A stretch of 64,000 nucleotides of DNA from Stegostoma tigrinum. Its lineage: Eukaryota. The notes beneath the pieces are model-generated. The model was not told the origin of the DNA, made no database searches, and saw only the letters and a list, made by a program, of their open reading frames with translations. Location: the NCBI RefSeq assembly GCF_030684315.1, contig NC_081396.1, forward strand, positions 3,224,001 to 3,288,000. Direction: 5' to 3'. Of this stretch, positions 39,250 through 52,289 are shown one piece after another (the stretch's first letter is position 1; each line of letters starts with the position of its first letter). The translations under genes and the position numbers were made by a program.

Positions 39250-40720
39250 TAATATATCAAAGGAGAAGCATTTTGCAGAAACTGATCACAAAATTCCTTA
39301 GCTTCAATATTGTTCTGGAAAGTGAGAATAATCGGCCTGAACCCAAATTGTGAAACACGTAAAGGCCAAGTTTAATATGACAGGGTCTGATTTTACCAGA
39401 GTGAACTGAGAGCTGACATTTAATGGTAAATGTGAGTTGGAGCAGGAGGATGCTTTCCAGGAGGAAATGCAAAGACTGAAAGCCCAACATGTACCAACAA
39501 AGAAACGCCATGTGATGAAAAATGCAGTGAGCCCTGGACATCAAAAGTCATACTGGATTATGTAAAGAGAGAGAGAAAAAAGAAGGCTTATGGCAATTGT
39601 CGAATGGTCAAAACAATGGAATCTCTTAAGACGTAACGAGCATGCAAGGGCAAGTTTTAAAAGAGAAATTAAGAGAGAAAAACGAAGCACAAAAATATAT
39701 TGGCACAATATTGGAAAGCTTTTTTTTATAAAAAAGAGCTGTGTTCCAAGTTTATTAATGACAGAAGGATAACTACGGAAGCAATGGAGCCCAATAAGTG
39801 CTCCAGCAATATTATTTGCCTGGAGTAACAACATGTAGGTAATATTATAAATGAAAATATTGTGTCAGACTTCACAATTAAAGTGAAGATGCGGGTATAG
39901 AAATCATGGAGAAGAATTATAATCAGTTTTAGGAAATCTGAATTAGATGATTGGATGCTCTGTGTTGTATTACAGGTCGGATAAAATATATCCAGGGCTG
40001 CTGAGAGAGGAAAAGGAGGAAATCATTGAAGTGATAGCAATAATTTTGAATTAATCTTTGGCCTCAGGGGATTCCCAAGTGGCTGTCGGCCAGTCAAGGT
40101 AGTACCACGGAGCAAAATGGAGCAAAGTATAAACCATGGAATCAGGAGACAGTCAAACTAGGCTCAGTCTTCTGGAAAATATTGGAAGCTATTAATTTTC
40201 AGTTGGAAGAGTTTAATCAAAAATTGTCGGCAAATTTTATTGAGGGGAAGTCATGTCTAACGAACTTGAAGGGATTTTTCAAAGACTCACGAGGTGGGTA
40301 GTAGATAGCAAAACTAAGAGGCAACGGGATCTGAGGAAATATGATTGGACCCAGAAATGGCTGAGCGGTAGGAATTGGAGGGTGATGGTTGTGGTGTGTT
40401 TGTGTGACTGGAGGTCTGTGTCTAGTGGTGCTCTGTGGGGATCAGCATAAATATTCTTACTGTTTGTGATGTCTACAAACAATTTAGACTTTAATCTAGA
40501 AGGGTTGATTGGAAGCTTCGCAGATGGAATTAAAATTGGTGAGTTGTAAGTATTGAGCTCAAAAATTGTACAGCATAGGAGGTTTTTTTTTAAAAAAACG
40601 TGACTCGATGGGCTGATCATGACAAATGGAAATCCTTCTGGGTAAGTATGAGGTGATGCGTGCATGCTGAAAAAATGCAAGGTTTAACACTATAAGTATC
40701 CTGAGATGCACGAGATTTTT
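39250..40720 (+). mobile_element. Long decayed CR1-like LINE ORF2 in the Cmu1-Cmu2 intron
   Basis: W...WLSGR..RVMV...DWRSVSSG, FADG.KI and KREIKREKR remnants. Confidence 0.7.
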
Positions 40721-41521
40721 TTGTAGTGCACATGCGCATCTATTACTTATAGCTCAAGGACTTGCCAAAAAGTCACTGAGTCGTAAACGTGTACAGCATC
40801 GGAACAGGCACTTTGGTGTAAAAAGCCCATTGTGACAGATATCCCAAATTAATCTGATAACTTTTGCCAGTATTTGCCACATATGCCTCCCAACCGTTCC
40901 TGTTCATGTACCCGTCCAGATAACTTTTAAATGTTATAATTATACTCCACCAGTTCCTCTGGCATCTCATTTGGTTCACATGACTCCCTTTGCATAGTCC
41001 CTGTTAAATCTTTGCCTTTTCAACTTAAACCTATGCCCTCTAAGCTTTGGACTCCCTTATCCCAACGAAAAGACATTGGCTGTTCACTCTGCCCATATTC
41101 CTCATAATTTTATAAACTTCTACCAGGACTCCAGTCTTCGACTCTCCGGGGAAATTAACCCCATCTTATTCAGTCTTTCTCTGTAATTTAAATCATCCGT
41201 TCGTTTTGAGTGGAATAAATCATTCAGACAATGGCGGAATTGGAGCTGAGTGCTTGTGAGTCATGTTGAAGCTGAAACCCTCATAACATATTAGAAGTTT
41301 TCAGACAAATACTTGCATTGTCAAATCAACAAGGCAATTGATCATGGGTTAGTAAATTGTATTAGAATAGTTGGGTAGTTTTCTTTGATTGGTGTTTAAT
41401 AGATGGGCCAAAGGGTCATTCTCTCTGCATCTACATTTATGATTCTGTGAAAAATGTAAAGAATCATGCCCTATTCACACAAAGCACACAGGCCTGTTTA
41501 TCACGTTCCCACAGCACTTAC

Positions 41522-41818
41522 ATGGCATTCCAGTGTTCGTGTCGGATCCGCTCTGTTGAACCTCACAGATAATTTTTTCACATTCTGCCTCCGACTCAGT
41601 GACCACTAACTGACTGCTCAGGGTATAAGTTCCCTTCTTGTTTCTCACCGATGGGTATGTCATAAATCCAGTCGTGATCGGCTCCCCACCTTTCTTCCAG
41701 GTCACACTAGTGGTGTCAGGGGAATAGTCCATCGCCAAACAACCAAAAATCACAGAGCCGTCAGTGCTGTGGTGCTCACAGGAGGCTAGACCATAAATTT
41801 TCAGGGAAGACAGTGTCA
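41522..41818 (-). CDS. IGHM: IgM Cmu1 exon
   Basis: AG/GT, 297 nt; YGLASC...[20 protein letters not shown]...[17 protein letters not shown]...CEV, typical of shark mu CH1. Confidence 0.96.
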
Positions 41819-41867
41819 CTGGGAAAGAATGCCAGATTAAGCAAGTTAGACTCTGTTAATTCATAGA

Positions 41868-42165
41868 ATCCTTACAGTGTGCAAACAGATCATTCAGTCC
41901 AACATGTTCCATACTGCCACTCCGAACAGCACCTTATCCAGAACCATGACCCTCCCCGAAAACGCTGAATTTCACATGGCTAATCCACCACACATAAATA
42001 CCCCTGGGCACTGCGGGAAATTTTGAATGGTTATTCAAGCTAACCTGGACATCTTTGGACTGTAGGAGGAAATGCGAAACCCCTTTAGAAACACACACAG
42101 GTACACGGAGAATGTGCAAAATCTGTACAGACAGTCGTCCGAGGGTGAAAGCGATGCCAGTTCCT
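41868..42165 (-). mobile_element. Decayed HE1-like SINE next to the Cmu1 acceptor
   Basis: CATGGCTAATCCACC, CATCTTTGGACTGTAGGAGG and GGAGAATGTGCAAA cores shared with 59905-60216. Confidence 0.75.
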
Positions 42166-42423
42166 ATAGCAACATAAGTTCATGTTATTTTTGCTTTTTT
42201 TTATATTTTTGATCATGATCTGTTAATTTGACCTCCAGAAACACGCTTTATTTCTTGACCATTATGTTATAACTATGGAATAAGAACACTTCAATCCAAC
42301 CACTATTCAGTTTTGACAGATTTCACCAATAACAAAATTGAAATTTCATTTGGAATACAAGTGAATAGAGGAGAAGTTAAATTAATTAAAACCCAAAACA
42401 CCGTGGGTGCTATAAATGAGAAC

Positions 42424-42594
42424 NNNNNNNNNNNNNNNNNNNNNNNNNNNNNNNNNNNNNNNNNNNNNNNNNNNNNNNNNNNNNNNNNNNNNNNNNNNNN
42501 NNNNNNNNNNNNNNNNNNNNNNNNNNNNNNNNNNNNNNNNNNNNNNNNNNNNNNNNNNNNNNNNNNNNNNNNNNNNNNNNNNNNNNNNNNNNNN
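42424..42594. other. Assembly gap
   Basis: Run of N. Confidence 1.
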
Positions 42595-43059
42595 AAAGAG
42601 AGAGTTCCGAGTTCCATTGTTCATTTAGCATGTTTGCATTTCTCAATCAAGAATGTTATGTGAATTATAAATTGTCTTGTCCTTTCTATGACTGCTCTTG
42701 TCGAAGCAAGATCATGGCAATTGATCAGCTCATATTGCCTCAGAGTCCCCATGCTCCCAAAGATTTTAAAGTGACTGAACTTCTGAAGTCACTGTAATCC
42801 ATAATTACAGGATTGCAATGAAACAATCATAAAAAAAATGAAAGAATATGAAGCGGCTTTTCTGACTTTCTGAGTTGTGAGGCTCGTTGTGAACACTTTC
42901 CGACTAATCCCTGTCTAACAAGATATAAATTTGATGTGCCTGAAAGGAAATTAAGTCTTTGCCAGCTGACAAATTTCAATTGTTTCACCATTAAACAAAA
43001 ATCATATTCCAGCTGCCACACCGATTCAATTGAAGTAGCAGTACATTGCTAGATAGTTG

Positions 43060-43325
43060 GGGTAAAGTTTCCAGGGCAGTAATCAACATTGACTTCTGGC
43101 TCCATGAAATGCCTTAAATTGAGGAACGAATAGGGTGAGGCAGCACCCTTCTTATTATCTAATGCTGCTATACCACAAAACCTTGACTGATAATTCAATG
43201 TTCTTCCGATTTGAGCTCCAGTTGGAAGACATAGATAATAAAGTGTTAGCAGTGTCTGCCGTCATGACAGAGACTTCAATGTGCATCCCTCATGAGAGAG
43301 ACTTCAATGTGCATCACAATACAAG
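43060..43325 (+). mobile_element. Ancient LINE APE-endonuclease remnant
   Basis: DFNVHH motif; local 19-bp direct repeat AGAGACTTCAATGTGCATC. Confidence 0.45.
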
Positions 43326-45129
43326 TAATGAAATACAAATAGCTGCCGAGTTTGAAACAAAAATTGGCTCATACTTTCTTTGGTTATATTCGTGCGTGTG
43401 ATGTCGACATTGTTGTCAGCAGTAGCACACTTAGCCCGTTGCTAATTATCCATGGGGATGTGGTGGAGAGTTGCTTTCTTCCAACTTTATTAACCTTACA
43501 AAGCAGATACTCATAGTATTGCTTAGCTGGCAGTGGTCGTCCCAGCAATATCGTGAAGAAGCGGCAATATCGTTAAGCAAAGAGAACAATTGCAGTTGGT
43601 TGTGCTGTGTTTCAGTTGCTGCTCCGTCCTTCTTGGTGGTCGAGGTCGTGGGCTCAGAATTTGCGGGGGGTGGAGTCTGGTAGAGTTACTACAGTCGAAC
43701 TCGCAGAGAACCAATAACGGTTCCAGTGCATCAGGAGGAAAGGAGTGAATATTGCGCGTGATAAATGGGATGCCAAACAAGTGCATTTCTTCGTGCTGAA
43801 TGGTTCCAAAAATCTAAGCACAAATTAAGTTTCAGTCACTTCTGTCTCGTGCCTTGTTGATGGTCAGCAGGCTTTTCGTGATAGCAAGTAAATTACTTGC
43901 CGAAAATGTCTGGCCTCTGACCTTCTCTTGGCGCCGGAACATTTGCATGGTAAATCATATTTTTTTTGAATGACAGCCAATAGTATGTTGATTACGTGGG
44001 ACTCAGCAATGACAATAACATTGTCAAGATGAATGTTTAAAATTACTCTTCTGGGAGATGGAATATATTTGGGAAAAATGTGTTATTTAACTTCCTTTCC
44101 ATTGCCAAATGCAAGTCAGAATATTTTCCCTCGGAAGAAGTTCGCTGCAGCAGTTCCAAGAGGAGCAGACGCCGAGAGCAGTCAGAATCTCTGTCACAGT
44201 TGACGTCTTGCCAATTGTCTGGAAGTTTAAACTGATCATGGGCAATTATCTGAATGCTGGAGGCCTCTGAAAATAAGTGCTCCTCCATTGAGAATCAGAG
44301 GCTTTGGTGAACTATGGTCAGCTGATAAGCATTTCCCTAGGACTGCTTCAAGAAATTAACATGTGTGCTTTAGCTGTCAAATTGACACTGAATTCGCCGC
44401 AACAACTCGAATTTCTCAGTCTGACCTCCACTCCCTCACACTCTTCCCTGAACCTCCACTGACATAGATAACTCCCACACTGTCACATAGCCATTCACTC
44501 CGGAATGCATGAGCTCATTCACACAATACCACACATTTCAAGATAATCATTTACCCATCTGGACATGTAATCTCTATTCCTTACAAGCCATTTCCCTTCT
44601 GCCAATCTGCACATGGTCCATTTGTAGCTGGCCCTGACAGTACCTGTCACTGTAGTGGGGACCCACCTTCCCCACATATGATTTCAAGGCCTCGATCATT
44701 TAACACTCATCTCACACAATTAAATCTCAAACATTGCATCCCACCTCTCTTCTCTTTCGTTGTTTACTGCCTGCCACTTTGCCAAACTGCAAGCTTTGCA
44801 TTGTGCATGGTGCCCCCCCCTGTCACTTCATTACTGTGATCACCTACCACCCAAAAAGGTCCGCATAATGCTGACCCGTCAACCTACCAGTCTGGCACTT
44901 GAGACACCTAAAATATTTCCACTAAAACGACCTTTCACCCAACAAGTTCCACTCAGCCAAATTGGTTCCTCGTGACCATAATCATTTGCCTGGATTCTAA
45001 ACTTCCAAGCTAAGTGCATGTCAGCTCATCCTGCAGCCACTCAAAACACCAAAGCCTACCAGCTCACACTCTTTCCCCTCACTGGCTCACCACCTGTGAA
45101 TTTCAAGCCTGCTCCATGATATGGTCACA

Positions 45130-46180
45130 GAGTTATCGAGTCAGACAGTATAGAAACCGTCCCTTCAGTCCAAATCATCAATACAGACACCATTCACAAA
45201 TTAAATTAAATCCAGTTGCGTACATTTGGTGCACGTGTCTCTAAAGCTGTTCATGTGCTTGCCGAAAAGTCTTTTCATCGTTGCAGCTGTACTTGCATCT
45301 ACCACATCCTCTCCCAATTCATTCCAGGCGCCTATCATCCTCAGCGTGAAAAAAAAGTTTCCCTTCGGTCCCTTTTTAAAACTTTCTTCTCAACTTAAAA
45401 CGATGGCATTGAGTTTTGATCTGCCCTGCAATGGGACAACAGAGAAACCTTTGCTCCTCCCCTTATCTATTTCCCTCATGATTATGCAAAACTGCATAAA
45501 CCGATGAATTAATCTTCCAAAATCACGAGATTAATAAAAAGAGTAAACAATGCCTTCCCATCACTCAAAACATCACGTCTAAGTATCGTCCAGCAAATAT
45601 TTTCTGTCCTCTTCCTTAATTAGAACATAGAACATGGAACATTACAGCACAGTACAGGCCCTTCGGCCCTCGATGTTGTGCCGATCTGTCATACCGATCT
45701 CAAGCCCATCTAACCTACACTATTCCACGTACGTCCATGTGCTTATCCAATTACCAAGATTGTTCGTGCAGCAGGGCAACAAAACCTAAACACAGTACTC
45801 CAAATGTGGACTCACTAATGTCTGGTACAGCTGCAAATTGACATGTCGACTCTTATTACTCAACGGTCTAACCAATGGAGAAAAGCATGCCAAACGCCTT
45901 AATCACCACTCTATCAGTGACACCTCTTTCAAGGAACGACGTCACTGAACCCCTAGGTCCCTCTGTTTGACAGCACTCCCCAGTGCCCAACAAATCCTGT
46001 GTACTTCTTGCCCTGCTTTGTCTCATCAAAATACAACACCACTCATTCATCTAAGTTGGACTCTCTGTCATTCCTCAGCTGACGGATCCTGCTAACCAAG
46101 ATCCCTTTGGACTTTTAGAAAATGTACTTCACTGTCCACTTTATGACTAATTTTGTTGATGTCAAAAACTTGCTAACCAT
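45130..46180 (-). mobile_element. Nested CR1-like LINE fragments
   Basis: AGAACATAGAACAT tail at ~45621; CAGTACTCCAAATGTGG (HLEYC) remnant. Confidence 0.7.
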
Positions 46181-49100
46181 TCAATGTTTTCAAGTTTCAA
46201 TGCCAAATATTGTGTCCTGTTCATATTTCCCCTCATAACCACTTCTTCCTTCATTCCTTAAACAATTAATAAATTCCTTGAAAATATTTCATGTTTTAGC
46301 CTCAACCACTTTCTTTGGCAGAAATTTCCAGAGGTGCACCACGCTCCAGTTGAACAGCAAACAAATGAGTAAAATTTTATGGTGTGTTGGGAAGACTGTT
46401 GTGCTCAAGAAATATCATGATCTCATGAACGGACTAACATTCTTAATGTGCCAAGAGGCCTTCATCGGCGTCTAATTAGTATCCTCAGCTTTTCTTTCGG
46501 CAGCACTTCCCAAAACTATCGACGCAAAGGACAAGGGTGCACAAGCAAGCAGGTGCTTCACTTGAACGTTTACCTCCAAATCACACTTGGTTTCACTTGC
46601 AACTGTTTCTCTGTCCCTTTCCTATTTCAGGACGACAATTTTTGAACTCACTTCCTGACAGTGCTGCGGATATACAAATGCCACGTGAAATGTAGAAATT
46701 CAAGTAGGCTGGTGACTACAAAGTTCTCAAGGAGATGTAAGATTTCTGACATTTCCAAGTCTGTCTAGAGACACAAATAACTACTGGAAGGATTGAAACT
46801 TATTTGAGGGACTTGTTGAGTGTCCATTCAGGGACAAGCACCAAAGAGTTTCCTTCTGTGTGGTTTGACTGTGTTTTCACTGAATTAACAGAACTGTCTC
46901 TTCATTATTTAATGGGAATGAAGGTTTCCTCATTTTTAGCATTGTAACCATATGTTAATTTTGCCAGGAATAAAGAAATATAAAGATTAATTAAGATAGT
47001 CTAATGAACTTGATTGTGATGTTAGAACAGGAAATTGTCAGATCTAAAATTGATTCTCATGATTCTATTCCTTCTGAAACCACGGCTGCAGATTGGGTTA
47101 ATCACTTTCAATGATTATCTGATATTAAATATCACTGAACATTCTTAATTTAGTATAACACACTTTATGAAAAACTTACATTGTTTCACTAACAATCGAG
47201 CATGATTTCAATGAAACAAAAAAACAAACTGAATGCTGGAAGCCTGGAATAAATTACAGATGAATCGCAGTTGGTCTGGGAGCTCCTGAGGAGAGAATGC
47301 AAAGACAATTTTTTCGAGCCCAGTATACCCCGCCTCAGCAAATTGTTTACATGTTTTCTGGCACAGCAATTGACATCTATTCAGTTCGGTTTTGATTAAG
47401 TTTGCTCGACTTCTGCTGGAAAAGGTTTCTTTGGAGAGGTAATGGACGAACTGAGATATAAACTAAAGATTAGCTGACAATTTGCCATCATTTGCTCCAA
47501 GTGTTGGATTCAACGGAAGTCTCATTCTTCTGAACAGTCAAACTTTCCTGATCAGCTAAGTCAATGGTAAGATATAAAATAAAACAGTCTCAATATTGTC
47601 AACTCACGTACTCTTTCGAGATGATTCATACTACGATTGTTGTTAATGCTATTGATAGAAGAGCAAGTCAGAAGCTGGAATATCTGTGGGGCTTAACTGA
47701 ATTAACCCCACTAGCGTCACCCAAATCCAATGAGCATATATTGTTTTTATTTAAATTAAATTGAGCTCCCCCAAACCCCCGCCAAATTCCATCTACTATG
47801 TAAGGCAGCGATTGAATCAGGAGTCTATTTTTGGATTCCGACAACACCCACAGAAATTGAAGAGTTTTTTTTTCTCTCTGATTTAACCTGTTCAGAGATG
47901 GCATTCTGCACCTCTGTAACAGATTGGAATTGAACATGGGCCACATATCAGAAAGTGAGGGGCACCACAGCTGCACTACAAGAGACCAAAATTCAATCAG
48001 CTCGACACTATCTAGGAAAATACAGCCAGCCTGTTGGACACTACATTAACCAGGTCAACTAGTCCGTCCTTTCAGCAAGCAGTCATAGTTACAGAGTCTT
48101 TTCAAGAATTATTCAAGCGCACTTTGATAGTCCTACTGAACTTAAAAATCTCTGGATGAACTGCTGTGGAATACAACTAGGAATTCCATAGTGATACATT
48201 TAGTGCCATTAGATTTCATTCCTGGGGAATTCCCTTTCCAATAGAATCACAGGAGTTTCTTCACCAAAAGATCCGCTATAATCCAAATAAAGTGAAATCT
48301 TTTGAAGTACAGTTTGATCTTTACCAGTGACAATAACAGCCCGCGACAGCTATTCCAAGAAGAAGATGCAAATTAAATGCTGATCCTATATTGTGGCACC
48401 AAAGATATCACGGAAAACTGAGGGAGGATTAGAATACATAAGATGCCTTTTCCACTGCCTCGCTCAATCAAAAAATTCCCAAAGCTGACACATAATTGTG
48501 AGCAACCGATTTCAAAACTCCAGCAATCTGTCTTTCATTTCTGAACTGTTCGTTCTGATTTTAGCAATTTGATCAGAGTTTTCATTTCTGAGGGGCCAAT
48601 GGAATATTATTTTATCAGCAGATGAAAGCATTTTTGAAGAATCAGCTGAACTCGAACAGTTTCAGATAGAGGAGGTCAAACCAGACGAGTTACAATGGTC
48701 AGAAATAGCACAGACACAAACTGTACAACAGTCTTGATCCTCGTGGCTAAATTTGTTCAATCCATCTCATCAAATGTTACAGATTCAACCAAATTTAACT
48801 TTCATGAAAGAAACTCGTCAGAGGTAAGCATTCATGCGGATGGGAATACGTTCACATTGAACAGAGGTTACCTACTCCTTCACTAACGTTCATAAGTCAT
48901 CATGATAAACCAAGTTATTGAGGTGAGACGTTTCACCAATTTAAGCTAAGATCATTAGGAAATGGATAATTCTCGAAATTAATTCTACATATTCTGAAAA
49001 TAGTTCGGTAAATTTGGAGATTTTGCATGCACTGTACAGAACCAATTTGCATCATATTGTGGAAAAAAATTCTGTTAAATAACTTAAGCTAAATATTTAC

Positions 49101-51790
49101 TGTCAGGGTTGCTTTGCAGTTGTTTTGCAGTGAACGATAAATTTTTAGAATGTATGAATTGAGAATGGGTTTCTGTCGGCAGTTGCCCACTTTACCTGAT
49201 ATTTAAATAAATGATCGTCACACTTAACTAATGTGGACAAAATCCTTCAGAAGGAAAAGTTGCACCATTTGGTCAAGTATATTAATAAAGTAAATATTAC
49301 TCAATTTTATTGTTTCAAGTAAGCAATGTGTTCTAACTCTCTGTACTGACTGTTTCTACAAAATTGTAAACTCTGTGTATGTCTCAACACATTGATATAT
49401 AACACATTTTCTGCATTTGCAGCAGGCAATCACATGAAGAGTTCATGGTTGGATAATTTTAATCAATACAAACTCTAACCTTGGTCACATAATCCCCGCC
49501 ATCAGTTGTTTTCGAACGAATGACCCTTGAGTTGATATGACATTGCAAAATAAAATTATATTTATTCAAACCACACGAATTTCGAAAACATGGAACTCTG
49601 TGCAGATTAAACCACTCAGTTAAAATTTTGTTTTCATTCGCACAAACATAGTTTAATAGGATAGAAAAATTAAATAAATCAAGTCGTTTGTGAAAATGAT
49701 CAATGCAGTGAACTGGATCTGCTCTTCATCTAAGTATTTCGGGAGAATTGCTAATTAGTCTTTGCCAATTATCATTCCCAGCCAGAAATCTTGTTTGTAA
49801 TATATGATGGAATTGAAATTTGATTCTTGACCAAAGTAATCGCATTTTAGCTCAATGTCAAGAACGAATAGAACATTGTATTGTTGAAATTCTATTGAGA
49901 TTTCTCTGTCACTTGTAAAGCATACAAGAAAACATCTTGTGATCGCTATAGCTGATTGCAAGGAGCGGAATAAGTTAATCGGCAACTGTTATGTATAAGG
50001 AAAAAGTGCTCCACAGGTTATCTGTTCTTCCTTAATTTCCAAAGCTTTGCCATTTGCCTTTCACCTCATATTAGGCTTTATGAAATTTCAACTCGAATGC
50101 TGTTTGCATTCAATGAGGAAACCGGAGAGTTTAATTTCACCAACCATGTAAACAATGCTATAAGGATGTATAAACCAGAAACCGTTACGACTTTGATGCC
50201 CGCAAGCATATTATCTTTTCGATAAAGGAAAAAATAACCAATTTGCAGACTTGAGGGAGAGTCATGCATTTGCAACTGAATTGGCTGTGTAGGCATTTTC
50301 AACAGAACTGTAACACCACAAAAGAAATCGCAAGTTGGAATCCATCGAAGCTGCTCACCATCAAACAAGCTAATGATTAAATAATATAGAAATAAGAATT
50401 CATAACAGCAGCATTGTTTGCAAGGTGACTTATGTAACAACACATAAGTCTTAGCACTTTTTAAAAATCTTTAGGTGCAATCTAATTTATTTCCAACCTG
50501 TTTAGCTTTTCTGCTCATGTAAATTGTGAGCACTGGGCATTAGAGCAGTTGGAGTCATAAATTGATTCATGACTTTAATGTCAAAACAAGATGAGTTCAA
50601 TGAACACAGATTACCACATTATAATTATGCATTATAATAACTTGGTTCTCAGTTATGAAAATCGATCAATTAGGCATTTTGAGATGTTGCCCCCAAATTG
50701 TATTTATATGAGTCTCGTAAGATCAGACTTAACTATTTTCCAATTAGAATCATTTTGTTTTTGAAGCCTATGCACTAAAATGCCATTTTTGTTTACTCCT
50801 CAGACATTCCGTGTGTTGACATTAAGTCTGTTTTCAGACTGTTGCAAACGGATATAATGGCATCAATCAAGCAATGTCGCCACGAGTTCAGCAAATGCAG
50901 AAACGATGCAGGGTAAGCAAATAACTTCAAAAGTATAAGTAATTAAAAGTAATTCAATGGACAACCCCATGAACATGGAATTAACGAAAACACCAATTAC
51001 ATAAAGCATGAAGCCCGTTTTAAACCCAGCTCTATTCCACAAAGTTAATGGAAATGCAAGCAACTCAAGTCAACAGAGTGTAGAAAAACAAAATCAGGAG
51101 TCAATCAACTCAAAGCAACAAATTCAACTGAAATAGAAACAGAATCCAATCAACTGAATTCAACAAAATCAAATAAAACAAACTCAGAATCTAATCAGCT
51201 GAAATCAACTGACTGAAAAGATTGGCAATCATTTCAGTTGATCAAGCCAATCAACTCAAATCAACAGAATGAACGAAAGTACCATAAGAAAATTTCAAGA
51301 GAGAACCCACTATGTTTATCATCAACAAAATTAACATACTAAGCCTTAAAGTACAAGCATGACATGGATATGACATGTAGATGAAATATATTGAAGAAAT
51401 TAACAACAATATTTTCGCATATTTTGTCATTTTTATTTTCAAAACATTCTTAACGTTTGGTGTTGATAATAAAACTCGCAGATATTGAGTTTCACTGGCA
51501 TCAATCATTGTTTAAATGTCATACTGTTTCAGACACTTTTTTCAATTCACCCAGGCAAACAGTGTTGCCGTCTCATAAAAATGAGAGAAACGCCGAATAA
51601 CTGAATCTATCGCCAGCACTTTACTTGTTTGCTGGAACTTAAATGAATTTTATACTTATTTGCAGAAAAGGCAATTGGAACACAACGAAACTTAGCACAG
51701 AATCTGAGTTTCGTTTGAATCATGAATTACTCAAATTAATAGACAGTTAAAACAAATATAACGGTTGCTAAGAACGTTCAAGTTTCTTAC

Positions 51791-51838
51791 CTAAAGTCAT
51801 TGTCACCATGGTTCCTTGTCCCCAGGAATCGAAGCCAT
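51791..51838 (-). CDS. IGHJ: JH segment
   Basis: GFDSWGQGTMVTMTL followed by the G|GTAAG donor; WGxG motif. Confidence 0.96.
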
Positions 51839-51877
51839 CACAATGTTACATTCACTGGATGGGGTCACACAATAACT
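51839..51877 (+). other. JH 23-RSS
   Basis: CACAATG-23 bp-ACAATAACT. Confidence 0.9.
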
Positions 51878-52203
51878 GGCTCTGCACAAAACAAATAAAA
51901 CTGTCATTATTTTAAATATTCATAACCAGAGGCAAAATAAAATCACGACAACTCTTCATCACGTTAGAATTGTGCAAATGTATTCTGCTCACTCTTGACA
52001 ACTGATTCTCACGTTTTACACTTCAAGGAATAAAGCATGAACTGATTGCCAATATCGCCAACTAGTCATCAATAAATATCTCCGTTTTTACAAATTAAGT
52101 CGTGATACTCGGGTAATACCCCACTGAACTGACATTGCACTGCATGTTTGGTTGGTTTGTAAAAGTAAGCACTGACCTTGTCTCTAACAATTCGAGCTGA
52201 ACG

Positions 52204-52231
52204 GGCTTTTGTATTGATCATAATGGCTGTG
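52204..52231 (-). other. D 3' (J-facing) 12-RSS
   Basis: CACAGCC-12 bp-ACAAAAGCC. Confidence 0.9.
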
Positions 52232-52261
52232 CTACCCCAGGATGAACGGCCAATGAAGTAC
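52232..52261 (-). CDS. DH segment, 30 nt, probable germline-joined D1-D2
   Basis: GTACTTCATTGGCCGTTCATCCTGGGGTAG between two 12-RSSs. Confidence 0.88.
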   Translation of the reverse strand, partial: VLHWPFILG

Positions 52262-52289
52262 CACAGTGATGTGAACCCGCACAGAAGCT
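52262..52289 (+). other. D 5' (V-facing) 12-RSS
   Basis: CACAGTG-12 bp-ACAGAAGCT. Confidence 0.9.

Noticed and set aside
42303-42663. ORFs spanning N runs (also 54916-55208)
   Set aside because: Artefacts of assembly gaps.
48590-48740. Acidic protein-like reading frame (EESAELEQFQIEEVKPDE)
   Set aside because: Short, with no start or splice context and no recognisable family.
49755-50443. GPCR-like peptide (AIAITRCFLVC) in the J-C intron
   Set aside because: A single weak motif with no supporting co-linear helices.
52140-52180. GGTTTGT...CACTGAC as another D RSS
   Set aside because: The spacer is ~9 bp and the heptamer is non-consensus.
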